From assembly GCF_001194135.2 (NCBI RefSeq), contig NC_068994.1, positions 17,529,480 to 17,588,083 on the forward strand: DNA of 58,604 bases, given 5' to 3'. Of this stretch, positions 50,965-58,604 are shown in pieces; position 1 is the first letter of the stretch, and each line of letters opens with the position of its first letter. Origin of the DNA: Octopus bimaculoides. Taxonomy: Eukaryota. Both the position numbers and the translations under genes were made by a program. The notes beneath the pieces were generated by a model. That model had not been told where the DNA came from, did not search any database, and saw only the letters and a list, made by a program, of their open reading frames with translations.

Positions 50965-51280
50965 GAAGGTGCATGACTTCGTGGTTAGGGTATTTGACTC
51001 ATAATCATAACATCGTGAATTCAATTCCTGGTGACACATTGTGTCCTTGAGCAAGACACTTTATTTCACATTGCTCCAGTCCATTCAGCTGGCAAGAATA
51101 AGTAGTGCCTGTATTTCAAAGGGCCAGCCTTGTCACACTCTGTGTCATGCTGAATCTCCCTGAGAACTATGTGAAGGGTACACATGTTTGTGTAGTCCTC
51201 AACCACTACCACATTGATTTCACTAGCAGACTATTAGGTCAACTGGAACATTTATCGTTGTAACTGACAAAAGTGCCAGT
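50965..51280 (+). mobile_element. tRNA-derived SINE, family C (TGTGTCCTTGAGCAAGACAC central block)
   Basis: A-box/B-box-like head; related heads at 50570-50795- and 56118-56428-. Confidence 0.75.
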
Positions 51281-51480
51281 TTTTTTTTTATACACATGCA
51301 GAATCAGATACATAATCAAACCTGATTGATGGAAACTTTGCAAGCTTAAGGTTCATAGGGTCAGTAACTAATCAAGACTGAAATATTTTCTGGCCCTGAA
51401 GAGAGAGCCCTAGTCTTTAGGATGCAGTTTTAGTAATGTTATATTTTTGACATCTTACGAAATTATCAGATTCCTTGAAG

Positions 51481-51882
51481 ATGCAAGCTGGAAAGCGGAG
51501 CATTTTCCAATCAAAGTTGGATGTAGAGGGTTTGTAGGACACAGTGTGAGACGACTGCTGGTATTGTTAGGCCTAACTCATCGTAAGGTAAATACCACCA
51601 TGACCGATATCCAAAATACAGTGGAGAAGGCTAGCCACTGGATTTGGTTAAAAAGAGACGATGAGCGATGGCTAGAGAAATATTGAGCTTTGTTTTTAAT
51701 AACCAGTTGATCTAGCAAGCGGGGCCTCATATCAGTGAGGGGGGCCGGTGCGCATTGATGCCGTCGAGAGGTAGGCCCCGAAACGGTGTGCATTCTCTCC
51801 TGATGACCCCATACACTTGCTGGCTTCCGGTATGCGGAGTTCTCGACTGGTAGCACTTGCATATGCGAGTTGTTTGCAAGAC
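51481..51882 (+). mobile_element. 5'-truncated HERO/NeSL-like RLE LINE with a 16-bp TSD
   Basis: WKAEHFPIKVGCRGF..EKASHWIWLKR*; ATCAGATTCCTTGAAG at 51465-51480 and 51883-51898. Confidence 0.8.
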
Positions 51883-52284
51883 ATCAGATTCCTTGAAGTT
51901 ATTTATAAGCAACTTTGAGATTTTTGCCATTTGTTTGTTTATGTAAGGGTGAATGTAATGGAAAACTATTTCTTTGATAAGTGAAGCAATTCAGTCTTGA
52001 TGGTGTTGAAGGAGATGAAGGCTTTAATGTCCCATTGGTGGATATTGTCAAAGATGAATCGTTGAAATGTTATTTTGACAATGTCTAACAAAGCCATTTT
52101 TCTCTTCTCCTGTACAAGGATTTGAGCCATCACAGCAAATTATCAAATTATCAAATATACATCAGTTATGCAATGTTTGTGCAACTTACAACACTGAACT
52201 GTGCCTCATACTGTTTTAGTGGACATACATGCAGCACAAGTTGAACAATTCATACCACTATGAAGTAGTACACCTAATGCATGC

Positions 52285-52342
52285 CGAACTACAACTACTA
52301 CTACTACTGCTGCTGCTACTACTACTACTACTACTGCTGCTG

Positions 52343-52396
<54 letters not shown>

Positions 52397-53344
52397 ACAA
52401 AAAAAGCAACAACAATGATGATGATGATTTCTTTTATTTGCCACCAGGGAAAAAGATGAGGGGGACAATACAAAGACAGATAATAATGATAATAATAATA
52501 ATAATAACAGCAACAACAACAACAATAATAATAAGCTACTACCAGCAAGCTGATTACCCAACACACGACATGCACAATACACAATACAAACGCTAATTCG
52601 ACAAAAGACGACAGCACACCTAAAGCAAAAACAAAAACAAAACAAAAGCTGACACAATACAATATCGGGAAGAGTTTGCACACTCCCAACAACAAAGAAA
52701 GAACACACAATGCTGCATATACCCCAGCAACACAGAGGTGTAGCAGGTGATGCAGTAGAAATTTGCCTGAAACTACCAAATGTTGAACAATGATGATGAT
52801 GATGATACTAATAATAATAATAATAACAATAATAATAATAATAATAATGGTTTCAAATTTTGCCATATGGGCAGCAATTTGGGAGGAGGGGATGAGGCGA
52901 TTACTTTATTGACCCCGAAAGGATGAAAGGCAAAGTCGACCTCAATGGAATTTGAACCCATAATATAAACACAGACAAAATGCCACTAAGTATTTTAACA
53001 AGCAGTGTGGAATAGCGCATGTTCCCCAAGACACTGCCATGACTGCCGCCAGCATTGTGCAACGCTGCCACCGCTGCATTGCACCACCAGCCACCATACT
53101 ACACTGCCACTGCTGTCACATGAAGAGCAAGGAACAAAATCAGCCGCCAGTCAGCAAGCACACGAGGCTTGTCCCGTCGACAGCCAGTCGTACATGTCCA
53201 CCGCCACTGACAGTAATAATAATAATCCTTTCTACTAAAGGATCAAGGCCTTTAGTTTCACTGGGCCTTAATTTATTGACTCTGAAAGGATGAAAGGCAA
53301 AGTCAACCTCATCGGAATTTGAACTCAATAATAATAATAATAAT

Positions 53345-53378
<34 letters not shown>

Positions 53379-54162
53379 CCCGGATGCAGTACCAGGCAGT
53401 GGCTTTCATGGTTTCTGATCTTAACTGATCAGAAGTGTTATCATGTACATTGTTTTGTCTTGGTATAAAAAGATGGGCTACAGCAAATATTCTGCTCAAT
53501 ACTACAGATTTGCTTGTCAGTTGTTTGACCTTAACCAGTTGAGCATGTCCCTTAGTGGCTGACGATATGTGCATCTCTGATCATGAGCAGAAGTAGTGGG
53601 GGAGCATCATAGCCATGTGTTGAGAGGAGTTCTTTGGGGTTTGCATAATTCACCTTTGGAAACATGGGTGTTTTGCTCAACATCCTTAAACAAACTTTAT
53701 TGAGCTGAAGAAAATTCTAACTAGGCCCCACCTGCGAGGTCATGCGCTGTTTATCTTGATATGGGATCACCATGTCGTGCGCACATGGTTGTCACGCATG
53801 TGCCTGGTGTACCCTTATCAGACGGGTAATCATGATGGGTATACTGGGCTTCGTATATTTTACCCCAGTGTCACTTTGATGGCATGCACTGCTCTCTCAC
53901 TCAATAATAATAATAATGATGCACCTTTTACTGTCATCATAAGATCACATTATCTTATTGTCATCAAACTTTTAATTTTCTTATGTTCCAATAGACACTC
54001 TCCAGAACAATACTCTGTGCAAAAGCAAAAATATGGTACCCTAGTCATGATACAGATTTGAATTTCTAACTTTTTATCTCTTGAGGTCTCTGTATGAGGC
54101 TTGGAGTCAACTTGTACAAATACAAAGCAAAAGCCAAACATGCAATAATAATAATAATAATG

Positions 54163-54214
<52 letters not shown>

Positions 54215-54445
54215 TAATAATAATCCTTTCTGCTATAGGCACAAGACCTGAAATTTTGGGAAGAGAGTCGATTACATTGATCCCAGTACACAACTGGTAC
54301 TTATTTTATTGACCCTGAAAGGATGAAAGGCAAAGTCAACCCCAGCGGGTTTGAAATCAGAATGTGAAGACAAACGAAATGCTGCTAAACATTTCGGCCA
54401 GCTTGCCACCACCACCACCACCACCACCACCACCACCACGATGAT
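52285..54445. repeat. Trinucleotide microsatellite cluster (CTA/CTG, GAT, AAT, AAC, CAC) interleaved with SINEs
   Basis: Visible directly; explains the poly-L/V/I/Y/S ORFs. Confidence 0.95.
53376..53902 (+). mobile_element. About 550-bp non-coding interspersed repeat inserted in (AAT)n, copy 2
   Basis: Flanked by (AAT)n on both sides; has a small internal deletion relative to copy 1. Confidence 0.8.
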
Positions 54446-55005
54446 GTAGCACAAGACTGGCAATTTTTGTTTCTTGCGGTGGTTATTTCAATATATTAAC
54501 ATCAGTAGTTAACAGGTACTTATTTTATCAACCCAGAAAGAATGAAAGGCAAAGTTAAAACCTTAACAGAATTTGAACTATGAATGTAAAAATAGATGAA
54601 ATGCTGTTTAGCATTTTGTCTAGCATATTAACAATTTTGCCAGCTTACTACCTTACTATGAATTATAAAAAATAATTAGGCTCAAATGATAAATTCTTGC
54701 AGCTGGTACTCCAGTCCCCAGAAATTTCAGATAATCTGAGACACTCTTAACCCTAACATTTATCTAATTAATATCCTATCTCTAGTATCATCTATTTAAC
54801 ATCCTACTCTCTAAATCAATTGATATGTCTTACATTAACTCAAATGTCCACATTTTTAACTTCCTGATAGATTCTTATTTATTGATGTGATTATTTTGTT
54901 TTACGTTCTCAAAGTAGACTGCTTTGAGAATTCATACATCCTCTTATTTTCCAAATGACAAAGGAAATAATGAAAAATACCTAAAAAGGAAATACTTCCC
55001 AACTG

Positions 55006-55052
<47 letters not shown>

Positions 55053-56082
55053 AACACACACACACGGCTCTGTAGTAAGAAGCTTGCTTTCCAACTACAT
55101 GGTTTTCCCACTGCATGGCACCTTAGACAAGCATCTTCTATAGCTCCAGGCTGACTAAAGCCTTGTGAGTGAATTTGATAGACAAATACTGAAAGAAGCT
55201 TGTTGTGTATGTGTGTGCGTGCACACATGTGTGTGTATGTGTCTCCTTGTCTTGACAATGCATGATAGTTGTAAATGAGAGTCAACGTTATACATTCATT
55301 TCAAATATTTTGTGTGAGCATGCCTGACCATTGAAAAATATTGGTTTCACTGGTGGCTCGTAGATGAAATTAGTGAGGGTGCTACTTCAGAAAATTTTTA
55401 GCCATTGTTTTAATATTGTGTAAAAGAAAACAAACATATACTTGATCAGTTCATGTTTTAGCCACTGTCAGGTAGTGTGTTTAATTTGTTCACTGAACAC
55501 CACTGTGAATCTCCCCTTGTTTCTACACTTTATCACATTCAAGAATATAAACACGTTTTTAAACACAACACACGCAGATTCAAAAAGAAACACTACTTTT
55601 CACTGGCACTGCGTGAAAGACAGTACTGTCACTCCCTAGCATGAAGCTTCCTATCTCGGATATGTAAGCATGCGCACAACAGCCAAACAAGGACTTTGGG
55701 ATTTTTTTCATAAACTAGGGGGTAGCTACTGACATTAAATTTAAGGATAATATAATGTACAAGTATAAAGAAAGAATTAAAGAACAAGGACTCATTATAT
55801 TGAATCATCCAGCTGTAGAAACTCTGCCAAATCAGACTGGAGCCTGGTGTTGCCATCCGGTTTCACCAGCCCTCAGTCAAATCGTCCAACCCATGCTAGC
55901 ATGGAAAGCGGACGTTAAACGATGATGATGATCGACAATATCGAGTGGAAGTAGGGAGTGCTGCAGTTCTGCAGTGCCTATGTACAAGCCACCACTGATT
56001 AGTTTCAAATTTTGGCACAAGGCCAGTAATAAAGATGGACAAAATGCCACCAAGTATTTTGCCCAGCATGCTAACAATTCTG

Positions 56083-56117
<35 letters not shown>

Positions 56118-56120
<3 letters not shown>

Positions 56121-56428
56121 CCCCACTTCGGTCATGAATGACCATGGGATTGCACCTAGAAAGTTACCTTCTGAGGCACATGTCTGGGCAAGGTTGTTTG
56201 TGGAAGGCCAGCAGTCATCCATGCATACCAGCCTCCCCTCTCCACATCACTGATATTATCCAAGGGAAAGGAAAAGGTCGATACAGCTTGGCACCAGTGA
56301 TATCGCAACTCACTTCTACAGCTGAGTTAATGTGAAATAAAGCGTCTTGCTCAAGAACACAACACATCCAGGGAATCGAACTCACTACCTCACGATCATA
56401 AGCTCGACACTCTAACTACTGAGCCATG
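56118..56428 (-). mobile_element. tRNA-derived SINE (3' part also at about 17915-18070)
   Basis: TGGCTCAGTAGTTAG A-box and GAGTTCGATTCC B-box on the minus strand. Confidence 0.75.
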
Positions 56429-57702
56429 CGCCTTAACGCCTTATATATATATATANNNNNNNNNNNNNNNNNNNNNNNNNNNNNNNNNNNNNNNNNNNNN
56501 NNNNNNNNNNNNNNNNNNNNNNNNNNNNNNNNNNNNNNNNNNNNNNNNNNNNNNNNNNNNNNNNNNNNNNNNNNNNNNNNNNNNNNNNNNNNNNNNNNNN
56601 NNNNNNNNNNNNNNNNNNNNNNNNNNNNNNNNNNNNNNNNNNNNNNNNNNNNNNNNNNNNNNNNNNNNNNNNNNNNNNNNNNNNNNNNNNNNNNNNNNNN
56701 NNNNNNNNNNNNNNNNNNNNNNNNNNNNNNNNNNNNNNNNNNNNNNNNNNNNNNNNNNNNNNNNNNNNNNNNNNNNNNNNNNNNNNNNNNNNNNNNNNNN
56801 NNNNNNNNNNNNNNNNNNNNNNNNNNNNNNNNNNNNNNNNNNNNNNNNNNNNNNNNNNNNNNNNNNNNNNNNNNNNNNNNNNNNNNNNNNNNNNNNNNNN
56901 NNNNNNNNNNNNNNNNNNNNNNNNNNNNNNNNNNNNNNNNNNNNNNNNNNNNNNNNNNNNNNNNNNNNNNNNNNNNNNNNNNNNNNNNNNNNNNNNNNNN
57001 NNNNNNNNNNNNNNNNNNNNNNNNNNNNNNNNNNNNNNNNNNNNNNNNNNNNNNNNNNNNNNNNNNNNNNNNNNNNNNNNNNNNNNNNNNNNNNNNNNNN
57101 NNNNNNNNNNNNNNNNNNNNNNNNNNNNNNNNNNNNNNNNNNNNNNNNNNNNNNNNNNNTTCATGCTACTTCAATTTATTTAAGTAATGTGAGCATTACC
57201 TTAAATGCAATATGAAGAGCAATCTTCAGCTGCACGAAAAAATGTAGAAAAAAAGACATATTACAAATGTGGCAACATATTAAAACCAAGTGGGAGAGAG
57301 CAGAGGAAGAATATATAAGTCCATCTTGACATAGCAGGGTCTATCAGGCTAGTATATATATATATATATATAGACAGAGAGAGAGAGAGAGACCAGTGTA
57401 CGTACATCACTATATATATATATATATATTACGTTTATATATTTGTTTTGCAAGATTCTTGATGTGAAATCGTGTGTTGAAACAGATATTGTTGACCATC
57501 CCCAAATAAAACAATATATATATATATTTATTTACATATATAGAGAGAGAGAAAGGGGGAGGGAGAGGGAGAGAGAGACAGACAGACAGGCAGGCAGACA
57601 GAGACAGAGACAGACAGACAGAAAGAGAACTACCATGTAGTCGTAGGTTATGTCTGGTCAGAAAGTTACCATTGGTTTCACATCTGTTTTTACTATGAGC
57701 AA

Positions 57703-58327
57703 TATAGGGCTTTCCTATAAGTAGGTTATCTCCCTTGGCTAGGCTGCGCTCCATGTAGATAATTAAACTTCCGGAGGCTACCCACGCCATTGTTATTGTT
57801 TTACATCTTATCATGGATATAAAGCAGCTTGATGATTCAGCTATCGAAGTACTTACTGTGCCTGAGTTAAAGAAATATTTAAGATTATATGGACAGTATG
57901 TTACTGGAAGAAAGGCGGACTTGACTGAAAGGTTGAAAGGAATAAAAATTCTGTCGATGAAGAATGTCAACAAAGTAAATTCATCGGACGATAAGTCTGA
58001 AGTATCGGACGATACTNNNNNNNNNNGCAAAGCAACAGTTAAGGAGTGGCATATTTTACCACGACAGACACGTACACAGCATCGAATACCACGATGTGAG
58101 TGAAAGCTGCTCTCACTGTATTGTCCGGTGTCTGGTAATCCCTTCGATACCGACATCAAACCAAAAAAAAGAATCCTGACCACAGAGTGTGGGTAATTAT
58201 GTCAAATGTCACTGGCAATGTGCATTCAGCTGATTGCAACTGTTAAAGCAAGTCACTGAGCATGCGTACATGTCATACGGGAGAGTTCCAATTAGGGGTG
58301 GATAACACCTTATAGGAAAGCCCTATA
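57703..58327 (+). mobile_element. Internally deleted TIR DNA transposon carrying a SAP-domain ORF (57813-58103)
   Basis: Perfect 19-nt inverted repeat TATAGGGCTTTCCTATAAG including the junction; LTVPELKKYLRLYGQYVTGRKADLTERLK is a SAP motif. Confidence 0.8.
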
Positions 58328-58372
58328 GGCGACTCATCAGACCTACTGATTGGGAACAATTGTTGATGTGTG

Positions 58373-58535
58373 CTGGGCCGGCTCAAGGTACCAGCAGATG
58401 GGGCAGTCGGCCGGAGCGCAATGTGCTAAGGGGCGCCAAGGAGGGCGTGAGAAAGACAAGATTTCCACGACGGTCAGCTTGTACATGCTGAAGTACAGCT
58501 TGCCTGGGGCGCCACCAACCCTAGGGACGGCCCTG
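58373..58535. mobile_element. hAT-type MITE
   Basis: CTGGGCCGGC...GACGGCCCTG termini; 8-bp TSD GATGTGTG on both sides. Confidence 0.85.
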
Positions 58536-58558
58536 GATGTGTGTGTGTATCTATCTAT

Positions 58559-58604
<46 letters not shown>

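Noticed and set aside
51740-51850. GAAAC and CTGATGA in the HERO 3'UTR as a type II or III hammerhead
   Set aside because: Stem II cannot pair in either topology and there is no UH triplet in register
6666-57187. Long ORFs full of X in the ORF track
   Set aside because: They are read-through across N-gaps, not genes

Overview
AT-rich, repeat-dense animal genomic DNA with scaffold N-gaps. The SINE families and the (AT)/(AC)/(AAT) microsatellite load suggest an Octopus genome (inference, not verified). Manual exon stitching gives two spliced + strand axonemal genes that the ORF track misses. (1) DNAL1, outer-arm dynein light chain LC1: 9 coding exons at 717-20965, 189 aa plus a start exon that is upstream or ambiguous. 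(2) A TEX36/HDNR-domain gene: 4 exons at 32035-50134, 207 aa, with a CpG-rich promoter carrying a CRE. The rest is transposon-derived: two Penelope-like elements, R4/Dong, CRE, HERO, Tx1 and RTE LINE fragments, a full-length decayed mariner, two Helitron copies, hAT/Merlin/piggyBac-type MITEs, a SAP-domain TIR element and several tRNA-derived SINE families. The most unusual layer is a set of about 9 intact or decayed hammerhead-ribozyme motifs. One has a compensatory G3:C8 core swap, one is a near-perfect type I hammerhead, and one is split by a transposon insertion. There are no CRISPR, rRNA or credible tRNA genes. Family assignments come from recalled motifs, not database searches.
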